A stretch of 52,457 nucleotides of DNA from Octopus sinensis. Taxonomy: Eukaryota. This document shows positions 1 to 11,276 of the stretch, piece by piece (the stretch's first letter is position 1; each line of letters begins with the position of its first letter). Made by a program: the position numbers and the translations under genes. The stretch covers positions 1 through 52,457 of the forward strand of contig NW_021834145.1 in the NCBI RefSeq assembly GCF_006345805.1. The letters run 5' to 3'. Below the pieces are notes generated by a model, which saw nothing but the letters and a program-made list of their open reading frames with translations, was not told where the DNA came from and searched no databases.

Positions 1-572
1 CAAAACATACTATCCCATGATAGTATGCTGGAATTTCTGGGAAACACATGTACTTATCATGTGTATTCTTACTCTACGTACTCCATTCTGTTTTTATCAT
101 TAATTAGATCCTCTTTGTTTTGAGTTCTCATACTGAATTAATTCGAGCGTGGCAGCGCTCAGTTGCCATCAGTAAATGTTTTCTATATGCTTAGTTCCAA
201 TTGTCCTGAATATTTTATAAATATAAGCAAGTTTTAATGCGAAACAATTAAATACTAAATGGTCTGCTACAGTACCTAACACTACATTCTAGATTTTCGA
301 AGATATAATTTCTGCAGTGATCCATTGTATACATGGCTGCCAAAGAGGGAAGAGTGAGAATATATATATATATGACAAATGGTCTATATGCTTGGACCTA
401 TGGTTTAACTGTGCTTATTTATGCATTTATACATATGTAAAGGTGTATATACTTAGCTTATGTATGCATATATATATGTGTATGTGTATATGGATATTTG
501 TTTATATTTATATATTAAATTGTACGTGTATCCTGTTTCCTGTATTTATATATTTAAAGTTCTTTATAATAT

Positions 573-688
573 CTGACGAGACCTATGGTTATATATAAGT
601 ATCCTATTTTTAAATGCCTACAACCTCAATATAATTGACAACTGTAGGCACTGAAACACTACTTTTTCCATAGGCTGAAACAGCTGTA
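573..688 (+). ncRNA. Hammerhead ribozyme-like motif with long stem II insertion (stem I weak)
   Basis: CTGACGA at 573-579. Stem II arms gacctatgg (580-588) and ccataggct (668-676) enclose about 80 nt. GAAA at 677-680, palindromic CAGCTG at 681-686, then TA. Stem I pairs poorly. Confidence 0.45.
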
Positions 689-904
689 AGAGTGATTTTA
701 ATGATTTCAATAACTTATATTAAGATTTTTATAATTGCATTCTTCTCTTATATGTATTGAATTATAATGTATGTATGTTATTAAGGTTCTCGTTTTTGTT
801 AAATTAACAAATAAATCAACATTCTAATATCCGAAAGCTGATGAACCAACTAAATTGTTTCTACATTTTCTTATTTGTATTATATATATATATATATATA
901 AAAT

Positions 905-1020
905 ATGTGACAATTATTCGGTAGCCAACATGAAACTCCGAATCTCGGATGTTGGGGTGGTAACCCACGCCGCCATCCGAAACTCGGAGTTTTATCATGG
1001 CTACCGAATAATTGTCACAT
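905..1020. repeat. Imperfect palindrome of about 116 bp (second copy at 2187-2305)
   Basis: atgtgacaattattcggtagcca (from 905) is the exact reverse complement of tggctaccgaataattgtcacat (ending 1020). The inner pairs aaactccga/tcggagttt and tcggatg/catccga also match. Confidence 0.9.
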
Positions 1021-1117
1021 TATATTTACAGATAAATTCCTCAATTTACAAAATATCGAGGTCTCTTTCATTCTTTCGTTGTTTTACCATTTCTATAACT
1101 ATATATATACATATATA

Positions 1118-1153
<36 letters not shown>

Positions 1154-1231
1154 TGTATGTATGTATGTATGTATGCATGCATGTTTGTATATGTATATAG
1201 GTGTGTGTGTGCCGCTATGTGTACGGACAGA

Positions 1232-1640
1232 TTAGAAATGTTGAGATACTATTTAAAGTTGTGTCAGATGTTCGAAAGATTCTCTTCAAAACAGTGTGCC
1301 AATCTCCAACCGGACACTGCATACTACAACGCAGACTTTTTTGTACTACGTGCAGTATGTAACGTTGTTTGTAGCACAGGGGAAGTGGTAAGTGACATGG
1401 AAGGAGGAGTTGGGGCTGGGTAGATGAGTGGTGTTGTAGAGAAAGAGACAGGTGTTTCAACGGAAGCAATAACATTCGAATAGTCCAGGCTGGATAAAGA
1501 GAAGACTGAAACGACTATGATCCAGAAGGGACTGGAATTAAGAGAATGCTTGGGGAAGTTATGGGATGTTCCAGGACCAAGTAGGAAGTGAGCGACGACT
1601 CATCAAATGTTGTGGCCAAGCAGTATTTGCAGGGGAGGTT
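1232..1640 (-). pseudogene. Decayed Penelope-like GIY-YIG endonuclease remnant, copy 1
   Basis: Minus-strand frames read HFPCATNNVTYC and then, after a frameshift, SGWRLAHCFEENLSNI. This resembles the Penelope pattern HFTCxSxNVIYC...GETGRRLxDRFxEHLxxI. Confidence 0.5.
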
Positions 1641-1898
1641 TACTTTCTCTCTAAAGAGTAAGCGACAAAACTCTGCGAAGAAAATATGAAGAATAAATAG
1701 AGAGAGGGAGAGAAACAGAGAAGGAAACAGTTCATAATACGTGTACAAATAAAGACAGGTGTGAATATAATGGCCATTAAAATGCAAAACTTACCGCCAC
1801 TTGGTGTAGGTGGACGTGTAGTCTGAAATTACATAGAAAACGTATTTCGATATCAGATATGCATGTTGTGTGTGTGTGTTTGTGTATACACACATGCA

Positions 1899-1945
<47 letters not shown>

Positions 1946-2384
1946 TATATAATTTTATATATATATAATTTCATCAATGGCCTGCATATCAAAAAATACC
2001 TTTAAAGGTTAAGTTTATAAATAATTTACAATAAAGGGCAAAAGAAAATTGTAATGCCAAAATTCTAATGGTTAATTGACAATCTTTGTCTTTTTTTCGG
2101 CATATTTGGCATTAGAATTTTCTTTTGCCCTTTATTGTAAATTATATATATATATATATATAGATATATATATATATATATAAAATATGTGACAATTATT
2201 CGGTAGCCAACATGAAACTCCGAATCTCGGATGTTGGGGTGGTAACCCACGCCGCCATCCGAAACTCGGAGTTTTATCATGGCTGCTACCGAATAATTGT
2301 CACATTATATTTACAGATAAATTCCTCAATTTACAAAATATCGAGGTCTCTTTCATTCTTTCGTTGTTATACCATTTCTATAAC

Positions 2385-2442
<58 letters not shown>

Positions 2443-2522
2443 TGTATGTATGTATGTATGTATGTATGTATGCATGTTTGTATATGTATATAGGTGTGTG
2501 TGTGCAGCTATGTGTACGGACA

Positions 2523-2930
2523 GATTAGAAATGTTGAGATACTATTTAAAGTTGTGTCAGACGTTCGAAAGATTCTCTTCAAAACAGTGTGCCAATCTCC
2601 AACCGGACACTGCATACTACAACGCAGACTTCTTTGTACTACGTGTAGTATGTAACGTTGTTTGTAGCACAGGGGAAGTGGTAAGTGATATGGAAGGAAG
2701 AGTTGGGGCTGGGTAGATGAGTGGTTTGGAGAGAAAGAGACAGGTGTTTCAACGGAAGCAATAACATTCGAAGAGTCCAGGCTAGATATAGAGAAGACTG
2801 AAACGACTATGATCCAGAAGGGACTGGAATTAAGAGAATGCTTGGGGAAGTTATGGGATGTTCCAGGACCAAGTAGGAAATGAGGGACGACTCATAAAAT
2901 GTTATGGCCAAGCAGTATTTGCAGGGAAGA
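2523..2930 (-). pseudogene. Decayed Penelope-like GIY-YIG endonuclease remnant, copy 2
   Basis: Duplicate of 1232-1640 inside the second tandem unit. Confidence 0.5.
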
Positions 2931-3036
2931 TTTACTTTCCCTCTGAAGAGTAAGCAACAAAACAAGAAATAGCCATTTCTTTAATTTCCTCTCTGCGAAG
3001 AAAATATGAAGAATAGAGAGAGAGAGAGAGAGAGAC

Positions 3037-3090
<54 letters not shown>

Positions 3091-3299
3091 AAACAGTTTA
3101 TAATACGTGTACAAATCAAGACAGGTGTGAATATAATAGCCATTAAAATGCAAAACATACCGACTCTTGGTGTAGGTGGAGGTGTAGTCTGAAATTACAT
3201 AGAAAACGTATTTCATCATCAGATATGCATGTTGTGTGTGTGTGTTTGTGTATACACACATGCACGCACACACACACATATATATATATATATATAATG

Positions 3300-3344
<45 letters not shown>

Positions 3345-3582
3345 ATATATATATAATTTCATCAATGGCCTATATATCAAAAAATACCTTTAAAGGTTAA
3401 ATTTATAAATAATTTACAATAAAGGGCAAAAGAAAAATTCTAATGCCAAAATTCTAATGGTTAATTGACAATCTTTGTCTTTTTTTCGGCATATTTGGCA
3501 TTAGAATTTTCTTTTGCCCTTTATTGTAAATTATATATATATATATATTATATATATATATAATTTACATATATATATATAT

Positions 3583-3760
3583 AATTTACAACATAAGGGC
3601 AAAAGAAAAATTCTAATGCCAAATATGCCGAAAAAAAGACAAAAAATGTCAATTAACCATTAGAATTTTGGCATTAGAATTTTCTTTTGTCCTTTATTGT
3701 AAATTATTTATAAATTTAACCTTTAAATGTATTTTTTGATATGCAGGCCATTGATGAAAT
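3583..3760 (-). repeat. Inverted partial third copy of the end of the tandem unit
   Basis: Reverse complement of about 3356-3532, separated from it by a (TA)n tract. The module is itself palindromic: aatttacaataaagggcaaaagaaaatt...aattttcttttgccctttattgtaaatt. Confidence 0.9.
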
Positions 3761-3793
3761 TTTTTTCCCGAAAAAATTTTATCCTACATTAGT

Positions 3794-3825
<32 letters not shown>

Positions 3826-4869
3826 AGTTTTAATCTCAGCAAAACACTGAACATCCGAGCAAGACTAAATTTTTTCTCAACTAGGTCGTCCCATAAGATA
3901 CGCCTTTAGGGCTAAGGTTGCGCATTATATATGAGTCACAGGGCGCTGTTCCATGTGGTCAGCAAGACTAAACAGGGGAAAATACTTTTAAAGTTATTTT
4001 TAAAGATTTTCTGTAGAAATTAGAGCCCACACTGAAAGTAACGACGTCTCTTATACATATAGGTCTATGTAAACAAAGTAATGTGAGTATATGCATAATT
4101 CCAGGCGTTATTGCTCCTTGGTTAACACCACATCCAAGCTGTTAGCCATTTTGGAACATTTTGCTTAAATAGCTACCAGATATAGCAGTGTAGCACAATT
4201 GGATGGAACAATCTCACATAATAAACACACTCTGGCAACTGGTACGTACATATTAATTGCTGGTATGGACGCAGCATTTCCTTAAGCAACCAGAATAATC
4301 TACCACGTGTATTAAAGGCTTATAAATTAATACTGTACCCCACCTGTGTTTGCAGCATGATTAAAGTAATTTCTGCCGAATTTCCAACTATTAAAGAGAA
4401 AATTTCCAACAATTAAAGGGAAAAAGTAATGACTGCATTTAGAATGCATCAGTCATAACCTATCACACAATTATTATATTTATCGTTAATGCAGAGGAGT
4501 GGGAATCTAACACAGCCAGAAGTCTATTATAAGAGGTTCATAATCTATATTATATAGAATAATGGAAATTAATTGCAAAAATAAATACAAAACACGAGCA
4601 AAATATATTTTCAAGGAGTACAACAATTAAAAACAAAGAAAAACAATTCAGATGGTAATAGGTTCTTGGGAATAGTAATAATACAAGCAGACAAATTCTT
4701 AATCAAAACCTCGGGACGAGATTACCATTCGTGGATTTAGTGAAGATGGCTGAGTCTACAGATTATTGTTCGTGTGTGGGATTAAAATCATTATACTTGG
4801 TGTTAGTGCTAGTAAGTGTATATATTATTGGTAGTTGTAAGAAATCCATAAATGCATCAACATCTATCG

Positions 4870-5382
4870 CAGGGGTCACCAAACTACGGCTCGCGAGGTC
4901 AGTTCATCCGGCTCGCGCCGCCTTATACCTTTTGTGTAAGTACCTGCAATGAGAGTTCATTTGGCTCTGATTTGGCATCAGTTTTTGGAACAACTTATGT
5001 CTGTGAGCAAACATTCTACAAAATGAAACATGTGAAGTCAGCACATCAAACAAGGTTGACTAAACAACATTTGAAATCAATATTCTTGGTTGGATGCCGC
5101 AATTCCAAATAAATATTGATGATATATTAAAAGCTAAACACCAATTTCACAAATCTCACTAATCTTTTTTGCTCTTAGTTTGTGAAATTCGGATATGTGC
5201 GCACTGGGTGTGATATAACTATCTTATTGCTTAACATCACCTTTGATAACTTGTTGGTAAATATGTTCATTGTCTCTATTTTTTGCGTATTCACTGTTTT
5301 GTATTAAACAAAATGGTTATGTGGTCCGCGCTCGTCATTCTCTCAGTTACCTGACCCACCGTAAAAAAATTGATTAGTCTTG
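4870..5382 (+). mobile_element. Internally deleted hAT (Charlie/SPIN-like) DNA transposon remnant
   Basis: Starts with CAGGGGTCACCAAACT. Encodes the hAT C-terminal motif LASVFGTTYVCEQTFYKMKHVKS. Flanked by the near-duplicate 8-mers ATCTATCG (4862-4869) and ATCTATTC (5383-5390). The right TIR is degenerate. Confidence 0.65.
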
Positions 5383-5572
5383 ATCTATTCTGGTTGCCTC
5401 GGATATATTATAGTGATTTGTGCTCCCACAATATCAAATCAAACGTATTTGTTAAGTATTCTTAATGTTCAGTTCACATCCTATCAATCAATAATTCTGT
5501 TCACAGATTGCATAAACCCCATCCTACCTTTGATAATTCAACGTAGAGTACGTATAAAGCAAATAATCTTAC

Positions 5573-5731
5573 CTGTTCAATGTCTCTTTTCTCTAACTCT
5601 GATATACGTGAAGTCTGATGGAAGTAAGTTACAGCCATCATAACAAACATCACACCGACCATAATCAGAGGGGTGCCGAGTTTCTGGTGGAATTTGGCAA
5701 GAGAATCTCGTAGTTTTGAAGCAGAAATCAT
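5573..5731 (-). CDS. Coding exon for the N-terminus of a probable type II membrane protein (exon 5573-5784)
   Basis: Acceptor ttttccttcgacag|G at 5784, ATG in the context ATCAAAATG at 5731, donor GAACAG|gtaaga at 5573. The 53 codons MISASKLRDSLAKFHQKLGTPLIMVGVMFVMMAVTYFHQTSRISELEKRDIEQ give a basic tail, one hydrophobic helix and a polar stem. No TE motif. Family not recognised. Confidence 0.6.
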
Positions 5732-5828
5732 TTTGATGGCGGTTGTAGTATCTTCAACAGAGAAATTTTGTGCTTGGTGTATACCTGTCGAAGGAAAAGC
5801 GAACTGTGAAATCTCTGCTCTTGAATCG

Positions 5829-5874
<46 letters not shown>

Positions 5875-6194
5875 GTGTCTATGTGTATGTGTATGTGCGT
5901 GGGTGTGCATATATGTGTATGTGCATGTGTGTATACCGAAAAATCTCCAATTTCCTGTTGATATACGTACATATGTACACACACACACACACTCACACAC
6001 AAACACACACAAAAACATACACATTGTGTAATTTCTTCGCAGCAGCAATGGTGGTCGTGGTGGAGGAGGTGGTGACGATGTAGTAATGAAAAGCGGATAT
6101 CATAATGACGAATACTATAACAATAAATAACAATTGAAATAAAGGAGGGTAAGAAAACATTAAAGCTTTGTGTAAATCCTCTTAGGACATAGCA

Positions 6195-6226
<32 letters not shown>

Positions 6227-6229
<3 letters not shown>

Positions 6230-7427
6230 GACTTGGACAAAATAATAGAAACACCTTAAAATGTCAAACGTATTTATTTTAATATGGGGTAGGACCGCCT
6301 TTGGTAGTAATTACAGCTTGAATTCTACGAGGTATGGACTCATACACAGTTTGAATTGCTTCCAAAGGAATGTTTGTCCATTCTTCAGTTAAAACAGTCT
6401 CTAGTTCTTGTAGTGTAGTGGAGGATATCGAATCCTTACTTGTTTTTCTAAAATGCACCATAAATGTTCAATAATATTGTGATCTGGGGACTGTGGTGGC
6501 CAGATAATAAGTTCAACTTCACTAGAATGTTCCTCGTGCTATTCAGTAACAACTTTAGCTGTGTGAATTGATGCATTATCATCCTGAAAGATTGCGTTTC
6601 TCTCCGGAAAAAAACCGCAACAATAGGATGAATTTGATCAGATAAAATGCTTAAATAGTCTTGACAATTAATTCTGCTGTGAAGGGAAACCATTGGGCTG
6701 GCGGTTTTCCAAGATATAGCATTCACTCCCCAGATCATCACAATCCTCCTCCATGTTTAACAGTTGGAAGAAGGCAGACTGGGTCAAATGCTTCTTTTTA
6801 CTGACTCCACACGTTTACACGGTTGGTGGTCGGAAATAAGGTAAAGGATGACTCGTCCGGGAAAATAACATTCTTCCGCTGCTCTAGGGACCATTTCTGT
6901 AATGGTTTTCTGATTGCAGCCCTCCCGTGAAATCCGGCATTGTGCAGCTTCCGGCTGTGGAAGCTGCGTTCTGGAGGTGGTCATTAAGCTCTGCAGTAAT
7001 TTTGGGAGCTGTACTTTTGTGATCCTTTCTAACAATTCGCGTAAGAATCCAACGGTCCCTATCTGAAAGTTTTGGTATTCTTCCGGAGTTTTGTTTCCGC
7101 GAGGAGGTTTTTCGCTCTTTCTCAAAGGCTGTCATTACTTTTGAGACAGTGCTTCTTGAAACATCAAACATTTCGGCTGTTTTCGTTATGCTAGCATCTG
7201 CCATACGAGCACCAACAATTTGACCGTTAGATCCGTCATTTTAATGAAATCTAATTACGTTTTTTCTGCAGATATCTGATAAGAAACAGCAATTTTATCA
7301 AAACATTGAGCAACACTAATAATAAATCGAAAAACATAAAAGTAAACAAGCTTTTGACGGTTTTATAAATATTTCAGTATTATGATGCTATGATGCAGAG
7401 TGTTTCCATTATTTTGTCTAACCACTG
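6227..7427 (-). mobile_element. Full-length but inactivated Tc1-superfamily transposon with DD36E spacing
   Basis: Imperfect TIRs of about 30 bp (CAGGACTTGGACAAAATAATAGAAACAC and CAGTGGTTAGACAAAATAATGGAAACAC) with TA on both sides, 1201 bp long. Fragments include an HTH, IFPDESSF and FQDDNA...WPPQSPDHNIIEHLW, with stops and frameshifts. Confidence 0.92.
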
Positions 7428-7457
7428 TATGTATATGTATATATATATATATTTATA

Positions 7458-7628
7458 GGCGTAGAAGTCGCTGTGTGGTAAGTATCTTTCTTACAAACCA
7501 CATGGTTCCTGGTTCAATCCCACTGCGAGGGCACCTTGGGGAAGTATCTTCTACTATAACCTCAGGCGACCAAACCATTGTGAGTAGCTTTGGTAGAATG
7601 AAACTGAAAGAAGCTCGTCGTATATATG
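7458..7628 (+). mobile_element. 5' half of a tRNA-derived octopod-type SINE
   Basis: Aligns by eye to the 5' half of the intact SINE at 24618-25147 (ggctgtgtggtaag...ggttcaatcccactgcg...ctgaaagaagc). Confidence 0.85.
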
Positions 7629-7860
7629 TATATATATACATATATATATATATCTATATATATATATATATAATATATCTATATATATTATATATATATA
7701 TATATATATACACATATATATATATATATATGTAATATATATTATATATATATATCTATATTATATCTATATATATATTAGTCCCGGTTGATTCGGGGTT
7801 AACCACAGTAATAAGGTACTCAATACATAGCAGAGTAAAATTAATTTATTATATAGAAGG

Positions 7861-7911
7861 AGCTTCTACAGGACTAGAACTGTTTCATTCAAGAGAAATC
7901 ATCAGGAAGCT
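7861..7911 (-). ncRNA. Type I hammerhead ribozyme motif
   Basis: Minus strand reads agcttc CTGATGA t ttc tctt gaa t GAAA cag ttctagtc ctg TA gaagct. Stem I is 6 bp, the triplet is GUA, and the base of stem II is a non-canonical U-U. Confidence 0.75.
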
Positions 7912-8189
7912 AGTTAACAAGAATTGTTTTGGCATTTATACATTTAGGCAGGTTTAAAGGGGTGGTGGTGGGGGACTTTTGGGGGTAGGCATAGCGTAAA
8001 AATATCATACTTAGGGGAGTGGTCAAGGAGTCAGTGGTAAAGTAGATAAAAGAATAAATAAAAGAATAAAAAAAATATAAATAGAACAGAGTTTTAGGTA
8101 AACATACATACAAATATATACATACACACACATACACACATACACACACATATATATACATACACACATGCACACACATGTCCATATAT

Positions 8190-8237
<48 letters not shown>

Positions 8238-8814
8238 TATGTGTACCTATACATACTACACATACACACATATATACATACACATACAAACCATTCCCTT
8301 ATTTTAATTTTATTTATTATTTTCATTTATTACTTTGTTATCTTTGACCGCGGTCACACAGCATCTTGGCTATCGTCCCCCTGGGGACGACAGCAAGTCC
8401 ATTTCTTTCTCTACTCGAACACAAGCACTCCCTCACGCACGCAAACTCATTCGCACGCACGCACACTCATTCGAACACTCATACACATACACGCACGCAC
8501 GCGTTATATTCATACATACATACATCTACATACATTCACATATATACACATACGTACGCGTACCTACAGATTCATGTCTACACGCTTACACATACATACC
8601 TCAATACACCCACAGAAGACTAGTCCTCATATACACCATAATATATATACACATATACATATACACCACATACACATACATACACATACACATATATATA
8701 CGTATATATACATACATATACATACACCTCTACATACATACATATATACACATACACACACCCACACATATACATATACGTATATATACACACATACATA
8801 CATATACATACATT

Positions 8815-9553
8815 ACTGACAATATAATGCTTTCTCTCCAAGAATTTGAACTACAGTTTTTGCCTCTGTAGAAATGCACTACTCTATGACTCACGTGGGT
8901 GGACAGGGAGAATAATAGATCTCATTTGTATTTTTGGATTCGCTAGTACTGGGTGTCCAGCATAGTTTGTCCGATGTTACAGATATCGGATGGGTATGTT
9001 TGGTTCTTAGTATTTTCAAATCCAAATCAGAAGAAATCTCGAGCTGATGAAGGAAAATGGCGTAGTTAACCCACGAATCCAGAAACAGGCTGTTCTCGGG
9101 TATCTTATATGGATGTGATCTTTCATTGTTTTTCCCTTATACCATGTGAGTTATTTTCTGAGTATGCATTGTCTGGAGACTTTTACTTGCAGTTGAAGAA
9201 ATAGCCAAATTTTGGCTGCTATTTCTGAAAAGTTCGTGTGCGGTAAAGTGGATTTTTTTACTTTACCATATTTTATAAATTAATACTTCAAATATACCGT
9301 AAATGGTCCTTTTACATACCGAATACTGCTTGGTCGAATGATTAAAAAATAATTAATTCTACCCTTTTTTACTGACAATATAATGCTTTCTCCAAGAATT
9401 TGAACTACAGTTTTTGCCTCTGTAGAAATGCACTACTCTATGACTCACGTGGGTGGACAGGGAGAATAATAGATCTCATTTGTATTTTTGGATTCGCTAG
9501 TACTGGGTGTCCAGCATAGTTTGTCCGATGTTACAGATATCGGATGGGTATGT
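8815..9553. repeat. Direct repeats of about 185 bp (8815-8999 and 9371-9553), period 556 bp
   Basis: Near-identical blocks actgacaatataatgc...gatatcggatgggtatgt, differing by a 2 bp indel. Confidence 0.92.
9038..9100 (+). ncRNA. Type I hammerhead ribozyme motif
   Basis: ctcgag CTGATGA a gga...tcc a GAAA caggctg TT ctcggg. Stem I is 6 bp with one G-U, stem III is short and quasi-palindromic, and the base of stem II is A-A. Confidence 0.6.
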
Positions 9554-9669
9554 GTGTGTAAGTGTGTGTATATATGTATGTGTAAGTGTGTATATGTTTG
9601 CTTGTATGTATATGTATATGTGTGTATGTGTGTGTATATGTTATTATATATATATATATATATGATATA

Positions 9670-9718
<49 letters not shown>

Positions 9719-10108
9719 TATATATATATATATGTATATATATATTATATGTATGTGTATGTATATATGTATATGTACATATACGTGTACGCTCGTGTGT
9801 TTATGTATATGGGTATGTAGAGTTTATGTATGTATGTATGTAGATATACATAGTGTAAAAAGGTATATATGTGTAAGTTTATATGTATGTATCCGTCTGT
9901 ATAATAGGTAACTGCACGTATATATATTTAATATTTATTATTATCTTTTGAGTATGCAAGTATGTATATGAATAACTGCACGTATATATATTTATTTTTT
10001 TTTTTGAGTATGCATGTAAGTATATGAACATAAGGAGGCGCGTGTGTGTGTGTGTATGTGTACGCATGTATATGTGTATATGTGTGTATGTATGTATGTG
10101 TGTGTATA

Positions 10109-10162
<54 letters not shown>

Positions 10163-11052
10163 TTATGTATGTATATGTATGTATGTGTGTATATATATGT
10201 ATATGTATATGTGTGGGTGTGTGTAGTGTATATATGTATGTATGTAGAGGTGTATGTATATGTATGTATATATACGTATATATATGTGTAATTGTATGTA
10301 TGTATATGTAGGTGTATATGTATATGTGTATATATATTTATTGTTGTTGTATATGTATGGACTAGTCTTCTGTGGGTGTATTGAGGTATGTATGTGTAAG
10401 CGTGTAGACATGAATCTGTAGGACGCGTACGTATGTGTATATGTCAATGTATGTTGATGTATGATGTATGTATGAATATAACGCGTGCGTGCGTGTATGT
10501 GTATGAGGTACGAATGAGTGTGTGTGCGTGCGAATGAGTGTGCGTGCGTGAGTGAGTGCTTGTGTTCGAGTAGAAAGATAAATGGACTTGCTGTCGTCCC
10601 CAGGGGGACGATAGCCAAGATGTTGTGACCGCGGTCAAAGATAACAAAAGTAATAAATGAAAATAATAAATAAAATTAAAAAGGGAATGGGTTTGTATGT
10701 GTATGTATATGTGTGTATGTGTAGGTATGTATAGGACACATATGTATATATATATATATATGTGTGTATATATGGACATGTGTGGCATGTGTGTATGTAT
10801 ATATATGTGTGTGTATGTGTGTATGTGTATGTGGTTGTATGTATATATTTGTATGTATGTTTACCTAAAACTCTGTTCTTCTATTTATATTTTGTTTATT
10901 CTTTTATTTATTCTTTTATCTACATTACCACTGACTTCTTGACCCACTCCCCTAAGTATGATATTTTTGCGCTCTATGCTACCCCAAAAAGTCCCCCACC
11001 ACCCCTTTAAACCTGCCTAAATGTATAAATGCCAAAACAATTCTTGTTAACT

Positions 11053-11095
11053 AGCTTCCTGATGATTTCTTGAATAAACAGTTCTAGTCCTCCTT
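11053..11095 (+). pseudogene. Broken copy of the 7861 hammerhead
   Basis: agcttcCTGATGAtttcttgaat-AAAcagttctagtcc. The G of GAAA is lost and the tgtagaagc segment (cleavage site and most of stem I') is deleted. Confidence 0.75.
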
Positions 11096-11276
11096 CTATA
11101 TAATAAATATTATATATAATATATATATATAATATATATATAATATATATATATAATATATATGTATATACATATATATATATATGTATATACATGTATA
11201 TACATATAATATATATTGTGTGTGTGTATATGTGTGTGTGTGTTTGTGTGTGTGTGGTGTGTGTGTGTGTTGTATG

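Larger units (their letters stand above)
900..3532. repeat. Tandem duplication of a 1.25-1.35 kb unit (900-2143 and 2182-3532)
   Basis: Both units have the same order of hairpin, (TATG)n, Penelope remnant, (TA)n and palindromic module. They differ by scattered substitutions, a roughly 27 bp indel near 2956-2990 and a (GA)n expansion at 3016-3087. Confidence 0.92.
7781..11108. mobile_element. 3.3 kb non-coding Penelope-like element with inverted arms of about 960 bp, nested in a SINE microsatellite
   Basis: About 7843-8815 is the reverse complement of about 10150-11108. Shared blocks include tatcgtccccctggggacga and cacagaagactagtcc. Hammerhead motifs lie at the arm ends and in the centre. 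No ORF. Confidence 0.7.

Noticed and set aside
836-870. CTGATGA at 838
   Set aside because: No downstream GAAA and no pairing stems.
4726-4755. 30 nt in-frame micro-exon TQPSSLNPRM on the minus strand that could follow the 5573 exon
   Set aside because: The donor is acceptable but the acceptor has no polypyrimidine tract, and such matches are common by chance.
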